Shown here piece by piece: positions 36,191-45,584 of a stretch of DNA of 51,883 nucleotides. Numbering within the stretch: the stretch's first letter is position 1; each line of letters opens with the position of its first letter. A model generated the notes under the pieces. The model was not told the origin of the DNA, did not search any database, and saw only the letters and a program-made list of their open reading frames with translations. Both the position numbers and the translations under genes were made by a program. Source of the stretch: Clostridium sp. CAG:169 (lineage in GTDB: Bacteria; Bacillota; Clostridia; Oscillospirales; Ruminococcaceae); contig FR880304.1 of the NCBI GenBank assembly GCA_000435195.1, forward strand, positions 29,610-81,492, in the 5' to 3' direction.

Positions 36191-36706
36191 TTAAAGTGAC
36201 TTTATAAAATTAATTGCCTGTGCAAGGTCTCCGGCACCGCCAGAAACAAAGAGTCTCGCGCCGATTTCAGTCGCGACTTCTTTTGCGTAGGCGCATTCTT
36301 CCTGCTGAAAATCCTCAATGTCTTGAACAGAGGCTTCAATCCCATCGCGCTCCTTGCGTCGGGCAGCAATAACTTCTGACTTTTCCATCAACAAGATAAT
36401 CGCCTCCGGTTTCAGTGCAGTGAAGGTGTCGTAAGGAATCCGAGTAATTTCTCCGGATGCATTCAATAAGCAGAAGTGTCCATCCAGAATAAAGTCTTGC
36501 CCAGAGTCTCTTAACTCACTGACTGCCTGAAGGAGGTATTGCTGGTTGTCGTCAATGTCTGGTATGAGTTTGTCTTTGGCAAAACCTGAGTGCTTTTTCC
36601 GCGTGATCAATGTACTGGCGGAATAGGACTCTATGCCAGTTTCCGTTTTGACCATATCGCAGAAGTAGGACTTTCCGACGCCGTGGACACCGCTTATAAA
36701 GATCAT
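36191..36706 (-). CDS. P-loop NMP-kinase-like protein (archaeal adenylate kinase / AAA_17-18 type)
   Basis: IFISGVHGVGKS Walker A, SAS.LI, ILDGHF, RRKERD lid; ATG 36706 fits the AAGGAGG spacing. Confidence 0.82.
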   Translation of the reverse strand: MIFISGVHGVGKSYFCDMVKTETGIESYSASTLITRKKHSGFAKDKLIPDIDDNQQYLLQAVSELRDSGQDFILDGHFCLLNASGEITRIPYDTFTALKPEAIILLMEKSEVIAARRKERDGIEASVQDIEDFQQEECAYAKEVATEIGARLFVSGGAGDLAQAINFIKSL

Positions 36707-36759
36707 GAACGACACGCCTCCTTAGTACAAAATCGGCTGAGAAACCAGCCGTCTGTGTT

Positions 36760-36857
36760 ATTATAGCAGATTGGAGCGCAAAATTCAAGAGAAAACGAAA
36801 AATAATCCTGCAATCGCAGGAGAAAATCTTGAAATCTGATGAGAAACGTGATATAAT
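36760..36857. promoter_or_regulatory. Back-to-back sigma-A promoters with a central palindrome
   Basis: Minus TTGAAT(36783-88) N17 TATAAT(36760-65); plus TTGAAA(36829-34) N17 TATAAT(36852-57); both TGn-extended; TCCTGC-AATC-GCAGGA at 36806-36821. Confidence 0.8.
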
Positions 36858-36910
36858 AAGCAAGTCGGAGTTTATGTGTAGACATTTTGGCAGAAAATGG
36901 AGGTTGGCAC

Positions 36911-37117
36911 ATGGCCATTAGTTACAAGAAATTATGGAAGCTGTTAATTGATAAAGATATGAAGAAGAAAGATTTGCAGCGTGTAGCTGGGATCAGTGCG
37001 GCATCCGTTACGAAGCTCGGTAAGAACGAAAATGTAAACACAGAGATTATAGAGAAAATCTGTGTAGCTTTGCAATGTGATGTCAGCGACATAATGGAAA
37101 TGGTCGATGATGACTGA
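36911..37117 (+). CDS. Xre/Cro-C1 HTH regulator
   Basis: ISYKKLWKLLIDKDMKKKDL..AGIS....KLGKNENV....C..L.CDVSDIME. Confidence 0.9.
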   Translation: MAISYKKLWKLLIDKDMKKKDLQRVAGISAASVTKLGKNENVNTEIIEKICVALQCDVSDIMEMVDDD

Positions 37118-37186
37118 GTCCGTTTTTTAGTACATCAGAAATAAGAATAAGCATGGATACATGCGTTTACTTGGAGGTAGATTCAG

Positions 37187-38695
37187 ATGGCTGATAAAAC
37201 CAACGCCAATATTGGCTTTGAAAAACAACTATGGGATGCGGCTTGTGTTCTTTGGGGACATATTCCTGCTGCAGAATACAGAAAGGTAATCATTGGGCTT
37301 ATTTTCCTGCGCTATATTTCCGCAGCTTTTGATAAGAGATATCAGGAGCTTGTTGCGGAGGGTGACGGATTTGAGGACGACCGTGATGCTTATACGATGG
37401 AGAATGTGTTCTTTGTGCCGGAGGAGGCAAGATGGAGCACGATAGCTTCTGCTGCTCATACTGCTGAAATTGGAACGGTTATCGATACGGCTATGAGAGC
37501 TATTGAAGCCGAAAATAAGACCTTGAAGAATGTCCTTCCTAAAAACTACGCCAGTCCGGATCTCGATAAGCGAGTGTTGGGTGATGTGGTTGATATCTTC
37601 ACAAACAATATCGATATGAGAGATACAGAAGAAAGTGAAGATCTTCTGGGCCGTACTTATGAATACTGTATCGCGCAGTTTGCAGAGAAGGAAGGTGTAG
37701 GCGGAGGCGAATTCTATACGCCGTCCAGTGTGGTTAAGACGCTTGTTTCTATTCTGCGTCCGTTCGATAACTGCCGTGTGTATGATTGTTGCTGCGGTTC
37801 CGGCGGTATGTTTGTGCAGAGTGCAAAGTTCATTCAGGCTCATTCAAGCAAGCGCGGAGCCATTTCCGTTTACGGGCAGGAGGCAAACGCGGATACATGG
37901 AAGATGGCCAAGATGAACATGGCAATCCGTGGTATCGACGCAGATTTCGGTCCTTATCAGGCAGATACCTTTACTAATGACTTGCACCCGACTCTGAAGG
38001 CGGATTTCATTCTGGCGAATCCTCCGTTTAACTATCACCCTTGGAATCAGGAAAAGCTGCTGGAAGATGTCCGCTGGAAATATGGCACACCTCCTGCCGG
38101 TAATGCAAACTACGCATGGATTCAGCACATGATCCACCATCTTGCACCGAACGGAAAGATTGGTCTGGTGCTTGCAAACGGAGCACTTTCCACACAGTCA
38201 AGTGGTGAGGGTGAAATTCGTAGAAAGATTATAGAGGACGATCTGATCGAGGGCATTATCGCCATGCCGACGCAACTCTTTTATAGCGTGACTATCCCGG
38301 TTACACTATGGTTCATCACAAAGGGCAAGAAGCAAAAAGGCAAGACACTCTTTATTGATGCCCGGAAAATGGGCCACATGGTTGACCGTAAGCATAGAGA
38401 CTTCACCGAAGAAGATATCCAGAAGCTGGCGGATACCTTTGAGGCCTTCCAGAATGGTACGCTTGAGGATGTGAAGGGCTTCTGTTCTGTTGCCACATTG
38501 CAGGATATCGCAAAGCAGGATTATATCCTGACGCCGGGACGCTATGTTGGGATCGAGGAGCAGGAAGATGACGGCGAGCCTTTCGAGGATAAAATGGCCA
38601 GATTGACATCAGAACTGTCAGATATGTTTGCTAAGTCCCATGAATTGGAAGACGAGATCAGGAGGAAGTTAAGAGCGATTGGGTATGAAATCTGA
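37187..38695 (+). CDS. hsdM: Type I restriction-modification methyltransferase subunit
   Basis: GEFYTP, YDCCCGSGGMF (motif I), YGQE, ANPPF (motif IV), LTPGRYVG. Confidence 0.96.
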   Translation: MADKTNANIGFEKQLWDAACVLWGHIPAAEYRKVIIGLIFLRYISAAFDKRYQELVAEGDGFEDDRDAYTMENVFFVPEEARWSTIASAAHTAEIGTVIDTAMRAIEAENKTLKNVLPKNYASPDLDKRVLGDVVDIFTNNIDMRDTEESEDLLGRTYEYCIAQFAEKEGVGGGEFYTPSSVVKTLVSILRPFDNCRVYDCCCGSGGMFVQSAKFIQAHSSKRGAISVYGQEANADTWKMAKMNMAIRGIDADFGPYQADTFTNDLHPTLKADFILANPPFNYHPWNQEKLLEDVRWKYGTPPAGNANYAWIQHMIHHLAPNGKIGLVLANGALSTQSSGEGEIRRKIIEDDLIEGIIAMPTQLFYSVTIPVTLWFITKGKKQKGKTLFIDARKMGHMVDRKHRDFTEEDIQKLADTFEAFQNGTLEDVKGFCSVATLQDIAKQDYILTPGRYVGIEEQEDDGEPFEDKMARLTSELSDMFAKSHELEDEIRRKLRAIGYEI

Positions 38696-39029
38696 TGAGA
38701 TAAAACGAGGTGACAAAATGGATTTTTATATGAAAAGTGCCAAAAACAACTATTTAGCAAGACTAACATATACAGAGGGCCAGTTTGTTTTGAAAAAAGG
38801 TTCTACCGTTTCTCAGAATGTTTCTAACCATTTCAAGAGCTACAAGACTGTTATTAAGCGAAGAGAGGAAGCAGGAATAAAAGATGACGAGCTGACGCTG
38901 AAGAAGGATATTGTTTTTAACAGTTCATCTGTTGCCGGTGAGTTTGTTTGCGGCAGTAGTTGCAACGGCCCTTCATCTTGGAAAACAGAAAGTGGTATTA
39001 CGCTGAAGGAGTGGATGCAAAGTCTATGA
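38685..39029 (+). CDS. DUF4357-like (RAMA-related) protein
   Basis: FVLKKGS...L.KDIVFNSSSVAGEFVCGSSCNGPSSWK..G.TLKE; start uncertain (38685 or 38718). Confidence 0.75.
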   Translation: MKSDEIKRGDKMDFYMKSAKNNYLARLTYTEGQFVLKKGSTVSQNVSNHFKSYKTVIKRREEAGIKDDELTLKKDIVFNSSSVAGEFVCGSSCNGPSSWKTESGITLKEWMQSL

Positions 39030-40222
39030 TAAATGGAAAGATTTCAGATGTATGCTCCAACGTTTATAGCGGGGGCACACCGAATAAAAAGCACGACGAG
39101 TATTATGTCGGAGGCAATATTCCGTGGCTTAATACCTCGGAAATAAAATTCAATCGGATAACCGCTACAGAAAAATTCATTACTGATGAAGGTTACTCGG
39201 CTTCTTCAGCAAAATGGGTTCCAGCGAATGCCGTTATTGTTGCAATGTATGGAGCAACAGCCGCAAGAGTTGCTATTTCAAAGATTCCCTTAACGACTAA
39301 TCAGGCCTGCTGTAATTTGATCATCGATGACAGTAAAGCCGATTATAGATATGTATACTATTGGCTATGTTCAAGATACACAGAATTAGCTTCACTCGCT
39401 AATGGAGGAGCACAGCAAAATCTAAATGCTGGCCAAATCAAGGATTTTCCTATTGCGCTTCCTCATATCGACGCACAAAAGAAAATTGCTGATTTATTGT
39501 CTGCATTTGATGACAAAATCGAGGTGAACAATGAAATAAACGAGAATTTACTTCAGCAGGCAAGCACTATTTTCAAGCATTGGTTTACCGATAATCCAAG
39601 TCTTGACACTTTGGAGCAGGTTCCCCTTGCAGATTTGTGTTTGGTTGTTACCAAAGGGACAACACCTACTACTCTTGGAAAACCGTTCGTCTCTGAAGGC
39701 ATTAACTTCATAAAGGCCGAGTCTATATTGGACAATCACGCTATCGATAAGAACAAGTTTGCGTTCATTGACAGTGAAACGAACGATTTGTTGAGGCGCT
39801 CAATAATCAGTTCAGGAGACATAGTATTCACTATTGCTGGTACTCTTGGACGTTTTGCTTTAATAGATGATAGTGTATTGCCTGCCAACACAAATCAGGC
39901 TGTCGCAATCATCCGTGCAAATAAGAGCAAAGTAACGCCTGAATACCTATACAGTTTCTTCTTGGGAAACTGGCATAACGACTACTATACAAAGCGTATT
40001 CAGCAAGCCGTTCAAGCAAATTTAAGCCTTGGAACCATAAAGTCATTACCTATTCCAATTCTCTCGGATAAAGCAATGCCAGAGTATCTTGGGATTATAA
40101 GCCCTATTATCACAATGACTAAGGCCAATGAGCTTGAAATAACAAGACTCCGAACAATGCGAGATGCCCTGCTACCACAGCTGATGTCTGGTCAACTTGA
40201 CGTTTCCGACCTTGACCTCTAA
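39026..40222 (+). CDS. hsdS: Type I RM specificity subunit
   Basis: Two TRD repeats (SGGTP / KGTTP), QKKIADLL..FDDKI, RDALLPQLMSG; ATGA overlap at 39026. Confidence 0.94.
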   Translation: MINGKISDVCSNVYSGGTPNKKHDEYYVGGNIPWLNTSEIKFNRITATEKFITDEGYSASSAKWVPANAVIVAMYGATAARVAISKIPLTTNQACCNLIIDDSKADYRYVYYWLCSRYTELASLANGGAQQNLNAGQIKDFPIALPHIDAQKKIADLLSAFDDKIEVNNEINENLLQQASTIFKHWFTDNPSLDTLEQVPLADLCLVVTKGTTPTTLGKPFVSEGINFIKAESILDNHAIDKNKFAFIDSETNDLLRRSIISSGDIVFTIAGTLGRFALIDDSVLPANTNQAVAIIRANKSKVTPEYLYSFFLGNWHNDYYTKRIQQAVQANLSLGTIKSLPIPILSDKAMPEYLGIISPIITMTKANELEITRLRTMRDALLPQLMSGQLDVSDLDL

Positions 40223-40323
40223 GCCGCTAAATTCTCGTTTGAACTGGAGCAACACAAACGTAATGAGCGAATTACCCGGAAAAGGGTATCATGATAGATA
40301 GTACATACAAAGGAGCGATTGAT

Positions 40324-43300
40324 ATGTCAGGATTTTATACGGAAGCTGACTATGAGAATTCCATCATAGAGCTATTCCAAGGAATGGGATACCGTCACGT
40401 TTACGGCCCTGATATTGAGAGGGATTTTAACAGCCCTCTATATGAAGATGAACTGACGGCTGCGTTGCATCGCCTGAATCCCTCTATGCCAGAGGATGCG
40501 ATCAGTGATGCCCTGTTCAAATTGAAAAATTTTGAGAATGCTGAACTGGTCCAGAAGAATGCTGTCTTCATGGATTATATTCAGCATGGCGTTGAAGTGC
40601 GCTATTTTGTTAAGGGCGAGGAGCGCTCCGGCCTCGTATACCTTGTTGACTATAAGAATCCTGACAATAACTCTTTTATCGTTGCAAACCAGTGGACCTT
40701 TATTGAAAACAGCAATAAACGTCCGGATGTCCTTCTCTTCTTGAATGGACTTCCAGTTGTTCTTGTAGAGCTAAAGTCTCCATCGCGGGAAGAGACAGAT
40801 GCTTCCGAAGCATACCTACAGATCAGAAACTATATGCAGGAGATTCCGTCGATGTTCATTTATAACTGCATTTGCGTTATGAGTGACCATCTAACCTCAA
40901 AGGCAGGAACGATTACTTCCGGCGAGGACCGCTTCATGGAGTGGAAAACCAAAGACGGAAGTTATGAAAATACTCAGTACGCACAGTTTGATACTTTCTT
41001 TGAGGGTATCTTTGCCCGTGAACGCTTGCTGGACATTATAAAGAACTTTATCTGCTTCTCCAACGAAGGATTAAAGCAGTTTAAAATACTGGCCGGATAC
41101 CATCAGTATTTCGCGGTCAATAAAGCAGTAGAGTCTACGAGACGCGCCACAGAGACCGACGGAAAAGGTGGTGTATTCTGGCACACACAAGGTAGCGGAA
41201 AATCTCTGTCAATGGTTTTTTATGCTCATCTGCTGCAGGAAGCGCTTGATAGCCCGACAATCGTGGTACTTACAGACCGAAACGATCTGGACGATCAGTT
41301 GTTTGGCCAGTTCGCAAAGTGTAAAGATTTTCTGCGTCAGGAGCCGTTGCATGCTGAGAGCCGGGAACATTTGAAGTCCTTGCTTGATGGCAGACAGGCA
41401 AACGGGATCATCTTCACCACAATGCAGAAATTTGAGGAATCCCACGAGCCTTTATCCGAGCGTAGGAACATTGTTGTCATGGCAGACGAAGCGCATCGTG
41501 GGCAGTATGGTCTGAAAGAAAAGGTCGATGCGGAGACCGGTAAAATTAAGATCGGCACCGCGCGAATCATCCGTAACAGCTTACCGAATGCTACATACAT
41601 AGGCTTCACCGGTACACCTATTTCCATGAAAGATAGAAGCACCCGTGAAGTCTTCGGAGATTACATTGACGTTTACGATATGACTCAGGCTGTCGAGGAC
41701 GGCGCTACCCGTCCGGTTTATTATGAGAGCCGCGTTATTAAACTAAAGCTGGATGAAGCGACGCTTCGCCTGATTGATACCGAGTACGATATTATGGCAA
41801 ATAACGCCGATCCAGATGTAATAGCCAAGAGCAAACGTGAGCTTGGCCAGATGGATGCCATCCTCGGCAACGATCAGACAATCGCTTCACTGGTAGATGA
41901 TATTCTCGATCACTATGAGAACTATCGTGCAAACCTGCTCACCGGCAAGGCGATGATCGTTGCTTATTCCCGCGCCATTGCTATGAAGATCTATGACCGT
42001 ATCATGCAGCTCAGACCTTCATGGACGGAGAAGGTCGCTGTTGTTATGACAGAAAGCAATAAGGACCCGGAGGAGTGGCGTGCCGTTATCGGAAACAAGC
42101 GTCACAAGGATGAGCTGGCGAAAAAGTTTAAAGACAACGATAGCCCTCTTAAGATTGCGATTGTAGTAGACATGTGGCTGACGGGCTTTGATGTACCTTC
42201 ACTGGCCACGATGTATGTTTATAAGCCAATGCAGGGGTACAACCTTATGCAGGCGATTGCACGTGTAAACCGTGTATTTGGAGATAAAGAAGGCGGACTG
42301 GTTGTAGATTATGTCGGCATCGCAGCTGCGCTTAAGGAAGCGATGAACGATTATACCTCCCGTGATAAGAAGAACTACGGTGATACCGATGTTGCAAAGG
42401 TGGCCTATCCGAAGTTCTTGGAGAAGCTCTCCATCTGCCGCGATATTTTCCACGGGTACGATTATTCTAAATTTACTACCGGAACTGACCTTGAGCGATC
42501 AAGGGCTATCAGTGGCGCAGTTAACTTTATTGTTGCCGTTGATAAAGAACGTGAGCGTGAAGATTTCCTGAAGGAAGCCCTTATGCTCCGTCAGGCGCTG
42601 TCGCTCTGCTCATCGTTAGTAGAGGAAAGTCTCCGAATTGAAGCTGCATTCTTTGAATCGGTCCGTGTGCTTGTTATGCGCCTTATGAATCAGGGCGAGG
42701 GAAAGAAAATCTCCCTGCCGGAAATGAATGCGAGAATAAACGCGCTCCTCAGCCAGAGCGTGAAGAGCGAAGGCGTCATCAATCTCTTTTCGGACGTGTC
42801 GGAGGAGTTCTCTCTGTTTGATCCGAAGTTCCTTGAGGAAATCTCCAAGATGAAGGAGAAAAACCTCGCGGTTGAATTGCTGAAGAAGTTGATAGCCGAG
42901 CAGGTGCAGATTTACCGTCGTACCAATGTAGTCAAGTCTGAGAAATTCAGCGAGATCATCCAAAGCGCCATGAACCGTTATCTGAACGGTATGCTTACAA
43001 ATGAGGAAGTCATTCAAGAGCTCCTTAATCTGGCAAAGCAGATTGCTGCAGCACAGAAAGAAGGTGACCAGCTTGGCCTAACAGCGGATGAGCTGGGATT
43101 CTATGATGCCTTAACAAAGCCGCAGGCGATTAAGGACTTCTATGAGAATGAAGAACTGATTGCCATCACAAAAGAGCTGGCGGATACGCTTCGTAAGAAT
43201 CGCACGATTGATTGGCAGAAACGCGACTCCGCCAGAGCAAAAATGCGGATGATGATTAAGAAGCTCCTGAAGAAACATCGCTACCCACCTGAAGGCATGG

Positions 43301-43458
43301 ACGACGCAGTCCAGACCGTTATGACACAGTGTGAGCTGTGGACGGATAACGCAGATATGGAACAGCGCGAACATAAGGCGGTTAATTATTCCTTTCGCCA
43401 TGAACAGAATTTGAGTATGGTTGCTGAAGAACCTGCGCCATATGGAAAGAAAGATTGA
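40324..43458 (+). CDS. hsdR: Type I RM restriction subunit
   Basis: RPDV...VELK nuclease, HTQGSGKS, DEAHR, GFTGTP, MWLTGFD, QAIARVNR. Confidence 0.96.
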   Translation: MSGFYTEADYENSIIELFQGMGYRHVYGPDIERDFNSPLYEDELTAALHRLNPSMPEDAISDALFKLKNFENAELVQKNAVFMDYIQHGVEVRYFVKGEERSGLVYLVDYKNPDNNSFIVANQWTFIENSNKRPDVLLFLNGLPVVLVELKSPSREETDASEAYLQIRNYMQEIPSMFIYNCICVMSDHLTSKAGTITSGEDRFMEWKTKDGSYENTQYAQFDTFFEGIFARERLLDIIKNFICFSNEGLKQFKILAGYHQYFAVNKAVESTRRATETDGKGGVFWHTQGSGKSLSMVFYAHLLQEALDSPTIVVLTDRNDLDDQLFGQFAKCKDFLRQEPLHAESREHLKSLLDGRQANGIIFTTMQKFEESHEPLSERRNIVVMADEAHRGQYGLKEKVDAETGKIKIGTARIIRNSLPNATYIGFTGTPISMKDRSTREVFGDYIDVYDMTQAVEDGATRPVYYESRVIKLKLDEATLRLIDTEYDIMANNADPDVIAKSKRELGQMDAILGNDQTIASLVDDILDHYENYRANLLTGKAMIVAYSRAIAMKIYDRIMQLRPSWTEKVAVVMTESNKDPEEWRAVIGNKRHKDELAKKFKDNDSPLKIAIVVDMWLTGFDVPSLATMYVYKPMQGYNLMQAIARVNRVFGDKEGGLVVDYVGIAAALKEAMNDYTSRDKKNYGDTDVAKVAYPKFLEKLSICRDIFHGYDYSKFTTGTDLERSRAISGAVNFIVAVDKEREREDFLKEALMLRQALSLCSSLVEESLRIEAAFFESVRVLVMRLMNQGEGKKISLPEMNARINALLSQSVKSEGVINLFSDVSEEFSLFDPKFLEEISKMKEKNLAVELLKKLIAEQVQIYRRTNVVKSEKFSEIIQSAMNRYLNGMLTNEEVIQELLNLAKQIAAAQKEGDQLGLTADELGFYDALTKPQAIKDFYENEELIAITKELADTLRKNRTIDWQKRDSARAKMRMMIKKLLKKHRYPPEGMDDAVQTVMTQCELWTDNADMEQREHKAVNYSFRHEQNLSMVAEEPAPYGKKD

Positions 43459-43474
43459 TTCTTGGAGGTAGAAT

Positions 43475-45544
43475 ATGGACGCACGTAAAGGTAACATCTA
43501 CGAGATATTAAACGGAAACAAGCAGTTTCTGATTCCGGTTTATCAGCGGTATTACAGCTGGGATATCGAACAATGTAAACGCTTGTGGAATGACATCGTT
43601 GAGATGCAGAAAAAGGGCAAAGTGGGCCATTTTGTAGGTTCCATCGTGAATATTGCGGAACAAGCAATGCCGACCGGTGTCCAGAAATATATGATTATAG
43701 ACGGCCAGCAGCGAATGACCACGTTGTCATTACTCCTGCTTGCCCTGCGTGACTACGCAATCAATAATCCGGAAGACACCACCATCAATGCCCGACGCAT
43801 TGATAATATGCTTTTGAAAAATGAGTACGAAAGCGGCGATGAACGCTATAAACTGCTTCTGACGGAAACTGACCGGGATATCCTGATGCGGCTTGTGGAA
43901 GAAAAGCCTATTCCGGATGACACTCGCTCAAAGCTGCTGGACAACTATAAATTCTTTGCCGGAAAGATTGCGGATAAAGAATTACAGCCTGCTGAGGTAT
44001 ACGAATCCATAGGCAAGCTGCAGATCGTAAATATAACGCTGGATCGATCTGTGGATGATGCGCAGGCTATTTTTGAGAGCCTGAATTCCACAGGTAAAGA
44101 ACTGTCTGAATCCGATTTGATTCGGAACTATGTTCTTATGGGTCTGGAGCCTACTGAGCAGACATATGTTTATGAGCACCTCTGGCGTCCGATGGAATTG
44201 CTGTTCGTTTATGAGACGCAAGACTCCGTTATGGACAGATTCTTCAGAGATTATCTGACCATGAAGATTACACGCATTCCGAAGCAGGATCGTGTATATG
44301 AGGAATTCAAGCTCTACCACCTGAACTGCGAATTTAGCACTATCAGGGAGCTATGTCAGGACCTGCTCACTTATGCTAAATACTATACGGATATGGTATT
44401 CAAGCGGAGCAGCAATCCAGCACTCAAGTCTCTTTACGAAGATATCAACGATCTGCGAATGGAGGTATCTTATCCATTCCTACTTAAAGTACATAATGAT
44501 TATGCCGAGGGTATCATTTCTGAGGATGACCTGAAGTTGATCATCAGACTGTGTATCAGCTATGTTTTCCGTCGCAGCATCTGTGATATACCGACGAATT
44601 CTCTGAACAAGACTTTTGCAACGCTGAGGAATGAAATCAGACAGGATGATTACGTCAATTCCATTAAGGCCTTCTTTGTCATGCGTGACGATTACAAAGA
44701 GTTTCCGAACGATGATAAGTTCACGGCTGCCTTTGTGTCGAGAGATATTTACACTATGCGCTCACGCAACTTCATCCTTAGCCATCTTGAGAACTATGGC
44801 AACAAGGCACCGATCATCATTGAGAATTATACGATTGAGCATATTATGCCTCAGAATAGTAGCTTGAGCCCGGAGTGGCAGCAGATGCTTGGAGTGAACT
44901 GGCGCGAGGTGCAAAAGACCTATCTGCACACCATTGGAAACTTAACGCTTACAGCATACAATTCTGAAATGAGCGACCATCCATTTATGGTCAAAATGGA
45001 TATGGAGGGTGGCTTTAAAGAGAGCGCACTCCGTTTGAATGCTTATGTTGTAAAGCTCACAGAATGGAATGAGCAGAGAATAAAAGAAAGGGCTTCATTG
45101 CTGGCGGATAAAGCTAAACAGATCTGGGCTTTCCCGGATATGACTGCTGCGGAGCTGGCTCCTTATCAGACGGTGGAGAAACCGGCAGAACGCTACAGCC
45201 TCGAAACCTATGATACAAATGTTTTCACAAAGACTCTGTTTGAAGTTCTGGACCGCCGAATCCAGAATCTCTCTCCCGATGTAAAGCGCGAGTTCAAAAA
45301 GTTGTATGTGGCCTATAAACTGGATACCAATTTCGTAGATATTGTGTTCCAGAAACAGAGACTTCGTATTTCAGTAAATATGAAGTTCTCAGAAGTGATT
45401 GATCCGAATGGAATCTGCCGAGATATAACCGGTCTTGGCAGATGGGGCAACGGTGATGTTGAACTTTACATGGAGCATACATCAGACGTTGATCAGATCA
45501 TGGAGATCGTGGAGCAGTCTTACCGGATTCAGGCTGATGAATGA
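43475..45544 (+). CDS. GmrSD-like type IV (modification-dependent) restriction protein, DUF262-DUF1524 plus DUF5655-like C-terminus
   Basis: IPVYQR.YSW, IIDGQQR, IFESLNSTG, TIEHIMPQ...IGNLTL...N; C-terminal GRWGNGDVE. Confidence 0.88.
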   Translation: MDARKGNIYEILNGNKQFLIPVYQRYYSWDIEQCKRLWNDIVEMQKKGKVGHFVGSIVNIAEQAMPTGVQKYMIIDGQQRMTTLSLLLLALRDYAINNPEDTTINARRIDNMLLKNEYESGDERYKLLLTETDRDILMRLVEEKPIPDDTRSKLLDNYKFFAGKIADKELQPAEVYESIGKLQIVNITLDRSVDDAQAIFESLNSTGKELSESDLIRNYVLMGLEPTEQTYVYEHLWRPMELLFVYETQDSVMDRFFRDYLTMKITRIPKQDRVYEEFKLYHLNCEFSTIRELCQDLLTYAKYYTDMVFKRSSNPALKSLYEDINDLRMEVSYPFLLKVHNDYAEGIISEDDLKLIIRLCISYVFRRSICDIPTNSLNKTFATLRNEIRQDDYVNSIKAFFVMRDDYKEFPNDDKFTAAFVSRDIYTMRSRNFILSHLENYGNKAPIIIENYTIEHIMPQNSSLSPEWQQMLGVNWREVQKTYLHTIGNLTLTAYNSEMSDHPFMVKMDMEGGFKESALRLNAYVVKLTEWNEQRIKERASLLADKAKQIWAFPDMTAAELAPYQTVEKPAERYSLETYDTNVFTKTLFEVLDRRIQNLSPDVKREFKKLYVAYKLDTNFVDIVFQKQRLRISVNMKFSEVIDPNGICRDITGLGRWGNGDVELYMEHTSDVDQIMEIVEQSYRIQADE

Positions 45545-45584
45545 CGAAGCAATTCAACTTGATTAACACAAACGAGGGAAATGC

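Noticed and set aside
39026..40323. Phase-variable hsdS shufflon
   Set aside because: Single complete hsdS; no silent TRDs, invertase or flanking inverted repeats seen
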